Source of the DNA: Phoronis australis
Taxonomy: Eukaryota > Animalia > Phoronida
NCBI GenBank assembly: GCA_002633005.1
Contig: NMRA01000118.1
Location: forward strand, 620,707-684,706
DNA length: 64,000 nt
Direction of reading: 5' to 3'
The stretch's first letter is position 1. Each line of letters opens with the position of its first letter. The notes under the pieces are model-generated. The model saw only the letters and a list, made by a program, of their open reading frames with translations. It did no database searches and was not told where the DNA came from. Shown here piece by piece: positions 1-12,140 of this stretch. The translations under genes and the position numbers were made by a program.

Positions 1-381
1 TTCACCAGTGTTTATATACCAGGACACAGTGGCATCTCATTCAACGTCAAGGCGGATGAGCTTGCAGGCATCGCAGAACTGATTGCCGACCTGCTCCTCA
101 CACTTGAGCAGATGTAATCTCCAGAGTGCGTGAATCTCTTACAGATGCCGAGAGTGTACAACAGCAGGAGAGATGGGCAACAAAGCGCCTCATAGAGCAA
201 GGATGGCAATACGGAGATACAGCAAAAACTCGTATCAGGGGAAAAGGTCGAAGAGTGTGTTACCAGCACGAACTTGGTTGCATCTCCAAATTTACATTGC
301 GTGCGATACTGGAAGGAGGAGGGCCAGAGCCTATCCCGGTGCCTACCGTCTGACGTCACCACAGAAACAGAAACAGAAACA
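1..381 (+). mobile_element. 3' end of an RNase H-containing non-LTR retrotransposon (I/Nimb/Ingi-like), degraded, within ILRUN intron 1
   Basis: Frame 1 from base 1 reads FTSVYIPGHSGISFNVKADELA, matching the RNase H C-terminal motif (W/Y)xPGHxGIxxNxxADxLA. A stop/frameshift follows, then a C-terminal ORF ending at 353 and a (CAGAAA)n tandem tail at about 360-381 typical of LINE 3' ends. Confidence 0.75.
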
Positions 382-1489
382 AAAAGTGTCATTGATTACA
401 GGGTGGTTACTTCTCTTCAACATAGGTTTTCTGTCTAAATGGTCTAGAGTTCAGAATGCCGGACATAATTATGCCTCTTAGACACAGTCCTGCTGCACAT
501 GTTTTCAAAGGCAACTAAATTATGTTGCGGGTAGATATCATCCTTCCAACTCAAGGCCATCAATGCCATTAGATTCAAAACTGCATCTAATGAAAAAGGT
601 CTAGAGATGAGAAAATGCAAATGGAAGGCCTCGTTTCAGTTTCGCTTGTAACATTCAGAAAAGTATTTACTGCTTTTTGTCAATAATTTAAAACAAAGGT
701 GTCAAATCAAGATATGCAATGACAACACCTAATTTGGACATTAGATTGTGTCGAGTCAACGCCACCTGTTGTGGTCACACATGGTAGAGATACTGAAGCC
801 TTCATTGAGTTCAGGCTCATAAATTCTTTCATGAGAATCCTCCATGGTCATTTTTGAAACCATACCTATTTAATTCTACTTTTTGTGAAATCAAGATATC
901 GAGCAGACTATATGTACAACTGCCTATTTAATTCAATTCTAATCTTAGCTTGCACTTGATGTGCCCAGGAATCCTGGGCCAGGATTAACACCATGTGTAC
1001 TCTATGCACGAGTCTAAACTCCATATTTTTGAGTTTGTAGCTCGAATCTAAAAGTCTTTAAGCGTGAACCAAGAATAGACCGCAAGCCCAGGTTGATTGT
1101 TGTGACCGTCACATTTTGACCTACCATACATTACTGCTCACAATGCAATGTCGCATTGTAGTGATGTCGTCATCCCATGGCTAACACAAATTCTGTCCTT
1201 CAGTTGCACTCATTTGTAATAGTGGCAGGTGTGGGACAAAAGCAGGTCACGTCGCTGTTGACCTAATTACTTACGAATTTCATGTTGCTCCAGTAAGCAG
1301 CATGGATGCATAAAGCCGTGATACAAAACCCTGAGTAGACAAGCTAGGTGCTTAGCTAAGCATGGTGAATTCTATCCACAAACCTATGACCGAAATATTC
1401 CACCAGGTTAATCACCAAAATAATGTGTTTTGGTTAAGCATCAAGCTTACTCGCTTAAGCACAAAACTGACAAGGTGGCTAGGAAGAAA

Positions 1490-1844
1490 GTCGACTGGAC
1501 AGAGACTACCATCTCCAGGTGGCCTCACCGGAGACGGTGAAGCTCCTATAGGGGCTTCCTACGTCGGAAGCTTTTCAGCGAATTATGCCTCACACTAATT
1601 AAAATATGAACGTCACGTTTTGCGCATAGAGGGACACTATTTCTATAATTCTTTCCAACTCAAAAGAATAATCCCATAATCTGGCATAATCAAACTTTTT
1701 CTTCGAGAAGTCCTTCGTTCAGTTGCCCAAATAATTTGGCAACTGGACATTTTCAACACTGCGCGTGCTTCTAGCGGGCCTATAGGAGCTTCACCGACTC
1801 TACTGAGACCAGCTAGAGACGGTTGTCACTGTCTACAAGTCGAC
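1490..1844. mobile_element. MITE-like element with ~65-bp imperfect terminal inverted repeats
   Basis: Left end gtcgactggacagagactaccatctccaggtggcctcaccggagacggtgaagctcctatagg. Reverse complement of the right end is gtcgacttgtagacagtgacaaccgtctctagctggtctcagtagagtcggtgaagctcctatagg. The core is AT-rich and non-coding. Confidence 0.7.
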
Positions 1845-2067
1845 GTGATGGTCTACGTCGCCTTGTAGTTGTAATTTGGCCGTCACTCACTACTCAGTTG
1901 TGAATTCATATTCTGTCGTTCATCTGCTGCCACACGGAAGCGACAGGTTCCAACGCTCATCTGGAGTCTTCTCGAGCCCCTTTTGGAACAAAGTGTTACT
2001 ATGTCTGCCGCACACGAAACCATGATGCGCTACAAAAATAAAATAGTGCATAGACCTAACAGCTTAC

Positions 2068-2225
2068 CAATTTGTCATGTCGAGAAAGAAAGCACAACCT
2101 GCAGGGCTCAGTTGGTTTCCCAAAACTTTCTGTAGCTCCGAAATTAGAACATCTTTATCTTGTGTTCCCAGGCAACTGAACTGTTGCATCAGCTGCTGGT
2201 CTAAGTCATTATCAACGTCCATCAT
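2068..2225 (-). CDS. ILRUN: ILRUN (C6orf106, UBA-like + NBR1-like domain protein), first coding exon; remaining exons lie left of the window
   Basis: Minus strand translates MMDVDNDLDQQLMQQFSCLGTQDKDVLISELQKVLGNQLSPAGCAFFLDMTN(W), closely matching the human ILRUN N-terminus as I recall it (MDVDLDPELMQKFSCLGTTDKDVLISEFQRLLGFQLNPAGCAFFLDMTNW). The 158-nt coding exon ends TG|gtaagc (phase 2). Confidence 0.93.
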
Positions 2226-2329
2226 GTTCTTATAGACGGCTCATCGTCGTGACAATATTAAAGCATTCTCTATTTTTGGTTGCAAGTATTTTTAACTGAA
2301 AGGTGTTGTGAACCCCCATTCCGATGACG

Positions 2330-2400
2330 AGTCGCGACTGTGTAGTGACGTCAGTAACTCAATGCGCATGACCAGCAACATCACAGGCATTGTGGGAGAT
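2330..2400 (-). promoter_or_regulatory. Putative ILRUN proximal promoter with housekeeping-type motifs
   Basis: About 120-170 bp upstream of the ATG lie a palindromic CRE TGACGTCA (2346-2353), an NRF1-like TGCGCATG (~2363-2370) and a ZNF143/SBS-like TCCCACAATGCC (reverse complement of 2386-2397). Confidence 0.45.
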
Positions 2401-2464
2401 TTATTTAAATTAGCCATGCGCTTTTATTTACATCCTGCACTGAACAGATGAGACACCGGGCACG

Positions 2465-2716
2465 CATGCGCGCACTCAGCCTCAAAATGGTGGGAGGGGA
2501 CTCGAATTTTTGAGAATGTGGACCTTTTACTAAGATTCAGTGGTTACTCTCAGAGGTATGAATTGTGCATTCCCCGAATTTTGGTAGTTCTTGCCTTTTT
2601 AGTAGACTTTTGTCTAGTTTTTGTGTTTGCATGTTGAGGCGGACCTTTTAACCCACGTACTTCGCCAATACGCCGGGGAGAGCTCCTTTGAGCCCTCCGA
2701 GCCCCCCTCCGGCACG
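2465..2716 (+). mobile_element. MITE family A copy (right end degraded)
   Basis: Begins CATGCGCGCACTCAGCC and contains the family core ctcgaatttttgagaatgtggaccttttactaa, shared with copies at 6137, 37936 and 47882. Confidence 0.75.
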
Positions 2717-2899
2717 TGCAAGGCATACTCTACAGACATTAAATGCGAAGTAAAATGAATCGCTTCATTGTGTAGATTCTAGTTGGAGTTTTGATGATAA
2801 ATATTCAAAGATCGGGGAGACCCTCGCATTACCCAGACCCCGCGTTTTATTTACATGGACTACGCAGCATTGAGTTAAGTGTACGTGGTGGCTATACAT

Positions 2900-3327
2900 G
2901 GTACCTACACTTCACGGTTAACGGGCTCATAAACACGGTCACGGACCTTCAAACACCGTCCACTGACTCACAAACACGGGAACGGACTCGGAAACTTCAC
3001 CCAAATACACGGGGCACGGACTCACAATTCACGAAGATTCACGCCGGGTTAACGGACCGCCAAACACGGTTTACGGACAAAATGTAGATGTCAGCTGACC
3101 CAGAAAGCCGATGAGTCCGTGACCTGCGTTTGGGGGTCCGTCGGTTAACCGTGTTTCCTCGTGAGATATGAGTATCCCGTGTATATTTGGGTGAATGGAT
3201 CGTGTTGTGAGTCCGTTCCCGTGTTTGTGAGTCAGGTAGTGCCGGGACGGTGTTTGCACCGTGAGTCGTGTTCATGTGTCCGCCGTGACCGTGTTTATTA
3301 GTCCGTTAACCGTGTAGTTTAGGTACC
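2900..3327. mobile_element. Foldback-like element: ~180-bp-arm imperfect palindrome built of short subrepeats
   Basis: Left ggtacctacacttcacggttaacgggctcataaacacggtcacgg versus reverse complement of right ggtacctaaactacacggttaacggactaataaacacggtcacgg. Arms contain repeated aaacacgg/cacggac(tc) modules. Confidence 0.8.
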
Positions 3328-5414
3328 TTCAGCCCCCTATTTCGGGGTGCGCCACTCATGTCCATGGGAGGGCGTAACACTGAAATGGGGGAGCTATAGC
3401 CCCCCAGGCCCCTGTGGTGTACAATGTACTTAATGTATACACTCTTTCTAGAGAGTAAAAAAGAAGTCAAGTTCTATCATGCAGTAACTATTTAGCTTAC
3501 AAGGAAAACACGCATTTCTAAAGGCGGCTGGCGGCTAGTTCAACCTTCTCGGAGCGGCCGACTGGATCAACTAAAGAATAGCGCGGCGCCCGAGTCGGAC
3601 GCAGTGGTGATGACCGCATTGTACAGTGCGAGCAATACCCGGTCATAAACTGTAATAAGCATCGCTGCCTGTGCATATCGGCGACTTTTCAAAATGCACA
3701 AACCAATAATTTTCATTATATATAGACATCACGGTCGTATTCTGCCGATGAACAAATAAGCTAAAAACTACTGTTGACGGATTGAAGATAACGACCGTGC
3801 GTATGGACATACTCGAGGATTTACAAACATTTATCATAATTAACGATACCAAATAGTTTATTCTATACGTATACCATTAAACTACATCACGACAAATAAA
3901 AACAACACGCAGTGACCAAATTAGATCGCCCAGTCCTGTGGAGCTACTTTGTTCGAGGAGTAGAACGCTAACTGTGGTATTCCGTAATCAGCTGGCGATG
4001 AAACTCGAGTCACGAAGACTAACTTACAGCTTCAAAGTCAATGAGAAAATTCAAACAATAGATGAGGTGGGTTGGTGGGCGAGAGATGACTTCTAAGTTT
4101 CACTGACGATCAAAATTTGCTACTGTTTTGGCACTGAAAGTTTAAACATTAAATCGAAAATGGCAACTCGACAGGAAAGAATACAGTAAGAGTAAACTGG
4201 AGTATCAAAAATAAAGCATATTTAGAACAGAAGATTGTTTGGTAATTGACCCTTGACAAGATCAACCCAAATAACTGTTTTTAGTTATTTTGTAATATCG
4301 AAAATGTCATCAAACCCGTATTTTCTACATTTTAGGTTGTAACTCTATGCAGATATCAGTTAACACCATTCGTTTTAGTGTAATTCTAAACACCACTGTT
4401 GAGAAAGTAGTGCTAGCCGAGCGATTACCTCTCCGCTTTATTTTGATGAGTACATGTACATAGAGTGTGCTGCATTATAAAAGTTTTCCAAGAGAAACTG
4501 GAATCTCAGCGGTGGCCAGTGTAAACGATAAATTCTCCACATGAACTTCTGGTGGCGGATTCACAGAGGACCAAAAGGGCCATATCCGCATTAAAATTCG
4601 CGTTTGGTCCTATGCAAAACAGCAGCTTGGGTCCGATTTATGAGCCCCCTTCATACTTCGACCACGTACGCTCCGCTGGTTGGATTTTGTATAATTGAAG
4701 ATTCCAGTCGATAAAGGCAAGTACTCATAATTATTAATTGTTATAATTTTCAATTTTGCTTTAAACGTGGACTTTCCTCTCAAGGATATAGGATATCACG
4801 AAAGGGGTTCTGACTAAACGGGTGCTCTCTGTGCAGCCAATTTTGAGAGAACAATCGTGTAAGACCACGTACAATAAAACTACTGAAACTGAAGGCGAGG
4901 CTGGATCGTCTCGGTTGAATTAGCAAATCCACAATTTCTTGCCACAAGTTTCCTGCTGGTGGCTGGGACTTGGGATTTTCAAAGCGTCTTCGGTGAAATT
5001 TTAAAGAGGTTTCAGTAAACCTACCTATCTGTTCAAATTATGAAATATTTTAGTTTCGCAATCCTGATGATCACCTGAAAAATTAATTATCAAGACAAAA
5101 ATAATGCGCATAGTGTGGAGCCCACGTGACTGTGACATGTTCTTTTTTCTGGAAAATCATCGTAATCCCTGAAAAAGACAACGTTTCTCAAGAAACTTTC
5201 AAGTTCCTTTGATGCACGCCTTATGCCAAAGAACGAGTTAATAAACATAAAAAATAATGAGGATTTACGAACTTTTCGCGAAACTTTAACGATAAAGCTG
5301 AATTCTGGCCAAAGCGTCTTGATAGAAAATCGCTGACATGCTTTTGTAACTTATTGAGCGTAGAAATAGTGTTATCTAATCTCTATGTTGTGCAAAAAAT
5401 TTTAGATCAGCAGA

Positions 5415-5574
5415 CATGGGCGGATCCAGGATTTTGAGTTGGGGGGGGGGCAGGGCAGAGTATTAGCCAAGATTTTGCCTGTCAGACATTGGCATTCCCG
5501 AACTGCCCAATGGAATCTTGGAGAATTTTAGGGGGGGCCATGGCCCCCTTGGCCCCCCTCTAAATCCGCCACTG
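5415..5574 (-). mobile_element. MITE family B copy with 5-bp TSD GCAGA
   Basis: Ends CATGGGCGGATCC...AATCCGCCACTG, flanked by gcaga (5410-5414 and 5575-5579). It is the reverse-orientation homolog of 13340-13500. Confidence 0.85.
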
Positions 5575-6136
5575 GCAGAAGTTATGTCGCTCTGCGATTT
5601 TTAGAAAAAAACATAACTGGGTGACTACAAATGTGCCGGTAATATTTTAATCACAGTTCACTACTGCGCTTATCTAGTATTTTTCATGGCCAGTATAATT
5701 TTACAATTTAAAAAGATCATTGGCAACGAATGTATACAGAACACGAGTCACGTGAAAAGGCTTTTTGCATGTTTAGGCTACACTACATACCAGTACAGAC
5801 ACGGTATTAAACAGATAATTACCAGTTGAATACATACATTTCTTCCGTGAGAGCTTTGGAAAATAAGATCTCCCCAGTCAGAAAAGCAAACTTTTCCACG
5901 GAGGGCACGCGTTCTCTCTCTTTTACAGCTATACTTTATGACCGGTGTCATTTAAACCCAAATCGACAACCAGAACTTCAACAATAACTGCACGTCTTTT
6001 TTGATATCATTAATTGTCTCCCTCTGTGTCTTTAGATCACTTCTTTTGTTTGATTATCTAGTACGTAGAATATACATTTTGAATGGACATATAAATTTGA
6101 CTTTCCAAACTCACGACGGCAAATACGCAAGAGCCT

Positions 6137-6381
6137 CATGCGCGCACCCAGGGAGGGGGGCGGGGGGGCTCGAACGAGACCCCCATTTGGCGAAGTGGAC
6201 AAAAAGGTCCGCCTTATAGAAAGACAATGAGCAAAAGTCTACTGAAAAGATGCGAATGCACAATTCATAGCCCGGCTGAACGTGGTACCTGTTTTTTTAG
6301 TCCCCCGTCTGTTTTGTTAATAAAAGGTCCACATTGCCGAAAATTCGAGCCCCCCCACATATTAGGCTGGGTGCGAGCATG
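6137..6381 (-). mobile_element. MITE family A full copy with 5-bp TSD AGCCT
   Basis: TIRs CATGCGCGCACCCAG / CTGGGTGCGAGCATG, with agcct at 6132-6136 and 6382-6386. Confidence 0.85.
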
Positions 6382-6738
6382 AGCCTGGATCTATCCCACA
6401 TGTAAATAAATTAACATTTTTAAATGCTAACTTACAAGTATATGCGCGCCCATTATTCAGTGATTACCCAGGTGCTCCTTTCAAACACGAGAAGGCTCTA
6501 TGCTGAACTCAATGAGACGTTGCGTCAGCCTGCACTACTTTTCTGTCTTACCAGGAAGATCTCTTCCTGGTCTTACTAAAGGATCAACAAAATTCTTTCT
6601 TGTCAATTGCCACTGCTTTTTGCAGTTCCAGCGTTACTCACACTTACCAACATCTCTGTTCAAACGAGCCATTTTCATAACCTTAAAAACAGTATTTTTT
6701 TAACAAAATGAACGTCACTCTTTATTTACGCAACTCCA

Positions 6739-6805
6739 AAGAGAGATAGGGAGAGGGAGAGGGAGAGGATGAGGGAGAGGGAGAGGGTGAGGGAGAGGGA
6801 GAGAG
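6739..6805. repeat. (GAGAGG)n purine microsatellite
   Basis: Direct reading of the sequence. Confidence 0.9.
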
Positions 6806-7247
6806 CATGTTGTCACCTATACACTGTACATGTAAACCTACCTGTAGGTATCTACATGTGGATGGATGCTTCTATCGTCAGCCAGAAGTTTCAGTAGCCG
6901 ACAAACGCGCGTACGAAACATCATTTACATCTTATTTTCTGATGATACCGTTGTATCAGATAAAAATAAAACTTTCTATTTCTTTGACAGCACGTTACAC
7001 AGGCTCCCCAAACGACACGGCTGCCGAACATAGATCTTGACTAAACACACTGTTCGCTTCACCCGACTCGCAAACAATGCTACCAACCACCAGCCACCGT
7101 CAGACCGACTCTCACTCTCGGTGTTGTACTAACTGTCGAAAGTTATATTTCAAGTCAAGGGAAGCTTAAAAATAATGAAACGCAAATACATTAAACGGTG
7201 CAATGAAACGCCACATGTCAATATAACTGTACTAGCACGCGACTATA

Positions 7248-7387
7248 CATAGGCGGCGCATCATAGGGGGCTGGGCTATAGCCCCCATTTCTTCAACGCT
7301 CCGGCACCAATGGTCTATGGTTGGTGCACCACAGGAGTGCTGGGGGGATATAGCCTCCCTACTTTTTTCAGCGTTGCGCCGCTCATG
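7248..7387 (+). mobile_element. MITE family C copy with 5-bp TSD CTATA
   Basis: Ends CATAGGCGGCGCA...TGCGCCGCTCATG, flanked by ctata (7243-7247 and 7388-7392). A homolog lies at about 21048-21195. Confidence 0.85.
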
Positions 7388-8715
7388 CTATATCTGAAAT
7401 ACTTGGTATTTTTTTGAAAATCTCCGTGACTTGGAATAAAAACGCTAGAAGAGACATGCTTACAAAGATTTGCTAACTTTAGCGTCAAGTTCGTGTTTGA
7501 ATAAAAAACAATTTATCCCGGGAACTGATCAGACCATTAATGAAAATAAAAGCTTTCGGTAAAAAAATACAATAAATGACAAAGTAAAACGAGTTTAGAT
7601 AGGCCGGTTTTATTAGTCTAATTTCAAATTATTCCAAGCAATAATTTATCGCTAGAAATCGACGCATAATTACATGTACCAATACCAGTGGACGATCACA
7701 CTATGCTGATTGTATTTCGCAAAGAAATTGAATTTCTACGACTAAACGAGAGTTTGTTGTTAATAGGGTTTTCCACTGCACATTTCCGCTGCCGATTAAA
7801 ATTTTCAGATATAACTAAAGTACTTTTTCATGACCTTTGGCAAATGCTCCATCGACAATAACGTTCACATTCATAAATTTATTTTATTTTTTTCCGATAC
7901 ACGCATTATTTGACCTGAAATGAAAATCGTGGATATGGTTGGATATGAATTTACCTCAACTTCAAGTCCTGGACAGTAACAAACAAAAATTAAACGTACA
8001 TGCATACAGTGGTTTGGGCACGAGTCTGAAAATGTAATTGGTAAATATACTGTGGGAAAAACGAGAAACTGGGAAAGGGAATGATTTTCATATAATTCAT
8101 GATCTCTCAAATCAGAATGGATTGCAAATTATAAACTTCAATTTTTCGTTGCTAAAAAAACGAAAACCGCTGTGTTTGTGTGATTTTATAACAAATCGCC
8201 AATTTGTGCTTTCAAGATGTCTGTCACGCATTCGCTGAAATCAATGCCGGTGGCTTCATTTGTTAATACGATTAAAATACTCTCCCGTTGATCGATTGGG
8301 TTTTAGCTCAAACAAAAGAGTGTCAGACAGCTACTGCTAAGGATGCGAGTTCAATTCCACGTTATCGCCGACCTTAGGAAATGAGCATTCTTCTGGGCGG
8401 CAATGCCACCAGACGACGTACTTCCTATTCCTATTAGCAGGAAGAGGTAATCTCTTCCTGCTATTAGTGAATCTTTGGATATACATGTTTCTCGCCATCT
8501 GTTGGCTAAAATTGTAGGTTTCGTTCTTTGGTTTCATTGTCACGCTTCGCTATGCTGGACGGATGACAGGTGCCCAACAATCCATCGCAGATATCCCGCA
8601 AATCTCTCAGATGCAATAAAAGGTCAATAAGCACACTGTTTTGCATTTACTTTATCTTATTAATTCATAATTATCCTGTATAACAATGATCTACGCTTGA
8701 AAAATAACAATCATA

Positions 8716-11597
8716 TTACTTCATAAAAACTCGATTTTCCACTGCTTCCTCAAAAAGGCCCCACAGGCGATTGTTGATTCTTTCTTTTGCAGAATCATTC
8801 AAATTCTCTTTTCGGACATCAACCCATCGATCTTTTCGCTCCGGTTTGTCAAAGTTATCATAAACTTCAGAATTTGCTAAGAGCACCCTAGCTGCGTAAG
8901 CACCGATTAAGAACCCATGAATAGCGGAATCTTTAAACATTTTTTCTAGGGCATTGAATGTGAGGCTAGGACATTCGTACTGAACTTTCTTTAAAATCTC
9001 ATGAAAATGAGAGTGATAGTATTTCAATACCTCGACTAGATGAAGATTTCGAAACTCGGGAGTGGTGCTGATGTACATGAAATAGACAAGGTCTCGCGTC
9101 GGCAAGGAATAGACTAACAACTGAAGATCAACCGTTTTAACTTCAATAGGAATTTCACCGTCTTTTGCGTAAGAAAACATCATGTTCCCAGTCCAAAAAT
9201 CGCCGTGGTTCAACACATGGAAGGGGCTGTCAGTCACCTTGAAGAAGTCAGCCATTGTGGAATACACGTCGTGTTCTTGGAACTTGTCAAGCAGGGCTTG
9301 ATGTTTGTCATTTTGAGTTAAGGATTTCAGCGTCTTGATGACATCCGCTATCCCATCCCTAAAACTCTTCTCTTGTACATCGGCGAACAGTGAAGAGTAC
9401 TGTATTTGCTTGAACACGCTTCCTCCGAAGACTTTCTTCAAGTTGTCCGCGTTACCGTCCTTCATTGCCAACGACAAAGCGTGCCATTTGGCAATTTCCC
9501 TGACCGCTAACCTACAGTGGTTTAAGTCCAGCCCGTTTACTTTGTCCGCTAGCCTAAAACCCTTTGCCCTTAAGTTTTCCAGAACAAGCACGCCCATTTT
9601 CTTCCCGTAGTCGGTCTTGCCGTATAAAAATTGCGGAACTGAAAGTTTGGTGACACTATCCAATTTCAATGATTTCTGGTATCCAGATAATGCGGGCAAA
9701 ATTTTACAGTAAGCTTCTTTTTCCCTGGCAAAGAAATCTCCTCTACTGATCGTCAGTTCTCGACGGAACTCGGATTCAAAATTTGTCTTGACGAACAAGT
9801 CAAACTCTTTTCTCATACCGGAGATTGTCGCGGTCCCTGTCACCAAAACGACGACGGTTGAAAAATTTTCTCCTGAAATAAACCAAAGAATTATGAGCTA
9901 CAGTGTAGATAGAAATGCACTGGAATATTACGAAATTCTTGATAACTTGTTTGTGCTTGCGAGTGACAGGACGCTTCTTACAGTGTATTCTTTTTTGACC
10001 AAGGTCTACAGTTGAATTTCATTAAAAGGCGATTTTATTACAGTTACATCGTATGCAGCCTTATTTTGTCATTCTTCAGTTGTCTCAGAACACGAGCCTG
10101 ATTCTTAGACAAGAGTTTTGATTCATAGTCGATGTGTCCGATTTTGATTTCCATCTCTCCAAGTCGAAACTTCCTAACAACACTCGTAGACTACATCCGT
10201 GCTTATACATAATTTTGCTAAAATATTCTTTGTCAACTAATACGAATGCCTGCTTTTAACAATTAATGTACACAATTTACGTTAGGTACATGGAATTTTA
10301 TTGAGTCGTTTACAGCCACAACCCACGTTTCTGTTAACAAAGACACAATATTGTTATTCAGCCAGAAAGCGCTTGAAAACTCTTCGGAAACGCTAGTCGA
10401 TGCTCGATGGAGCACTGTCATGTCAGACACTTTAGCGACAACTGCACAAGCTGTCACAATCCTTGAATTACAGAAGTTCATGCAGGTCTTGGACAAGCAA
10501 ACTGTACTATTTTTCGTTGTGAAAATGTGTGGTATGGGGGATTACACAAAGTGACGTAATCTCCAAACTGTGACAGATTGTGCAGACCCACACTATAGGA
10601 AACACAGAACGCAAACAAAACACAAAGGGACTAATGCAGCGACATTGTATACATGTTTTTGCTTGGGGCATAGATGGTTCTTCCCCGAAGACCAGAACTC
10701 GGAAACCTGAGGCTACCAGAGAGACAGAACCGTTTGCAGCTTTGTTAGCCATGAGATTGAGTCGAAAGGATAATTTGTCGTAACGAAAGGCAAAATTGTC
10801 AATGTTGAAAGAGAGGGACTTGGCAGAAACTAATGTTGATAGGATGGCGTCTATACAAAGACCTTAAAAGTTGCATTTCGTCCTCTTAAGTTGGCTAAAA
10901 AAAGAAAATTAGTTTAAACTTTTTAGTCTCATAAAGTCAGTCTCGTAATAATCCTTGTCGTGATACATGTATAATTCCTTTTCCGTTACCACCCAAGGTT
11001 ACAAGCAAAGGGTGCATTCACTGTTTACGAATCCGCAATTTTAGGATTGGCTTAAACTTTGAGTCACTGATGGTTTTCCTAGTTACAGAAGCTTGTTTGT
11101 TAGTGTAATCAATGCAAAAAGAAGGTCAGTGTGTCCAAAATAAATTCCAACAGTGAAGTTGCGACAGTTTGTGGTCTTACAAAGCCCCGTGATATTAAGT
11201 TTTAGAGTAAACGCGGGACTGGCCATTTTGCCTACAGATTTCGAATTACAATCATTCTTTCAACGAATTTGGCTAAAATGAGTACCTCAAGCTTGTACCC
11301 CTCCTCTGGCTTGACGAGGATAATTAAGTCTTCGACACTCCAAAATGGTTTAATGCAGAAGAATAACCAGGAACATTTAGTAAATGTTTGGAAATGACGC
11401 GACTCAAAGCCACCGGAAGAAAAAAGTAAGCTCCTGTAACAATGAAGAAGCGAACCTTTGTTTGATGCTCGAGAAACTTTAAAGGAATTAATCACCACGG
11501 AGCCTCCATTGTGTGCCAAAGCCTCCTTCAATAAGTCTTCTGTAACTACGTTTGCCTCAGGTGGCAGGTCGTTGTCCAAGCATTCCGAATCTGCCAT
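8716..11597 (-). CDS. Ecdysteroid kinase-like (EcKL / DUF227 / CHK choline-kinase-like) protein, 432 aa, 2 coding exons
   Basis: Exon 1 is 11597-11456 (MADSECL...SNK-G|gttcgc, phase 1) and exon 2 is 9872-8716 (tatttcag|GA...). The splice creates KGENFS, the EcKL GDNY/FxS motif. Further motifs are FVK, FAREKEAYCKILP, VLVLENL, LAKWHA-like, VLNHGDFWTGNMMF (Brenner motif) and VDLQ. The total of 1299 nt is in frame. Confidence 0.9.
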
Positions 11598-11699
11598 GAT
11601 TATCTGAAATCAAACCCATTGATAGATGGTACACAGTTGTTCATCAGGTACAAATTCCGGATCACAAGTCTGGTCTGACCATGGAAGGCTTAGGTGGCT

Positions 11700-12140
11700 C
11701 TCTATTTATTTATTTATTAATGTAATATTTACAATGAGGGTAGCCCCATCAGTTCACATTGCTTTCCATGGGGGCCCTCAGTAAAAACAAACAGATAGTA
11801 AGACAAAAACAGAATTACACAATGAAAGACAAATTTAAGTAATAAGCAAAGAATAAGAAATTAACATGGAAAGATTGACGAAGCAAAATAAAAATAAAAT
11901 ACGATAAATAAAATACAAAGAAATTAAAACAAGATAATTAACTAAAAAATATATATAAATATTAATATAAAAAATTAAAACAGACAATAAATAATTAATA
12001 AAAGTAAGACATTATATAAATAACAAATGAATAAACATGCAATTTAGACACTACATGGAGTTAAATCTATTTCTTATAATTCTTTTAAAGGTTAGAAAGG
12101 ATGACGTAGATTTGGCATCTGCAGGGAGAGAGTTCCTCTA
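11700..12140 (-). mobile_element. 3' end of an L2/Crack-like LINE in the EcKL 5'-UTR intron or upstream region
   Basis: Minus strand gives RNSLPADAKSTSSFLTFKRII (degenerate WNSLP...S...FK RT tail), an AT-rich 3' UTR, a stem-loop gagggccccc...ggggctaccctc and a (TAAA)n tail ending at about 11702. Confidence 0.65.

Noticed and set aside
1890-2029. Exon-like segment on the minus strand (acceptor ttgtag, donor gtgagt) just downstream of ILRUN exon 1
   Set aside because: It would need a 38-nt intron, hits a stop in frame, and does not encode the expected NLQAAIGAYYD continuation.
2791-3275. Overlapping ORFs on both strands
   Set aside because: By-products of the palindromic foldback repeat.
2900-3327. 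CRISPR-like repeat array
   Set aside because: Subrepeats are inverted and irregular, there are no unique spacers or cas genes, and the context is eukaryotic.
4160-4190. ATG micro-exon MATRQERI followed by gtaaga
   Set aside because: No downstream exon gave a convincing continued frame.
9335-10015. Plus-strand ORFs of 91 and 75 aa
   Set aside because: Antisense shadows of the EcKL coding exon.
11232-11455. C-terminal part of the 121-aa ORF
   Set aside because: Read-through into the intron; splicing at 11456 yields the conserved GENFS motif.
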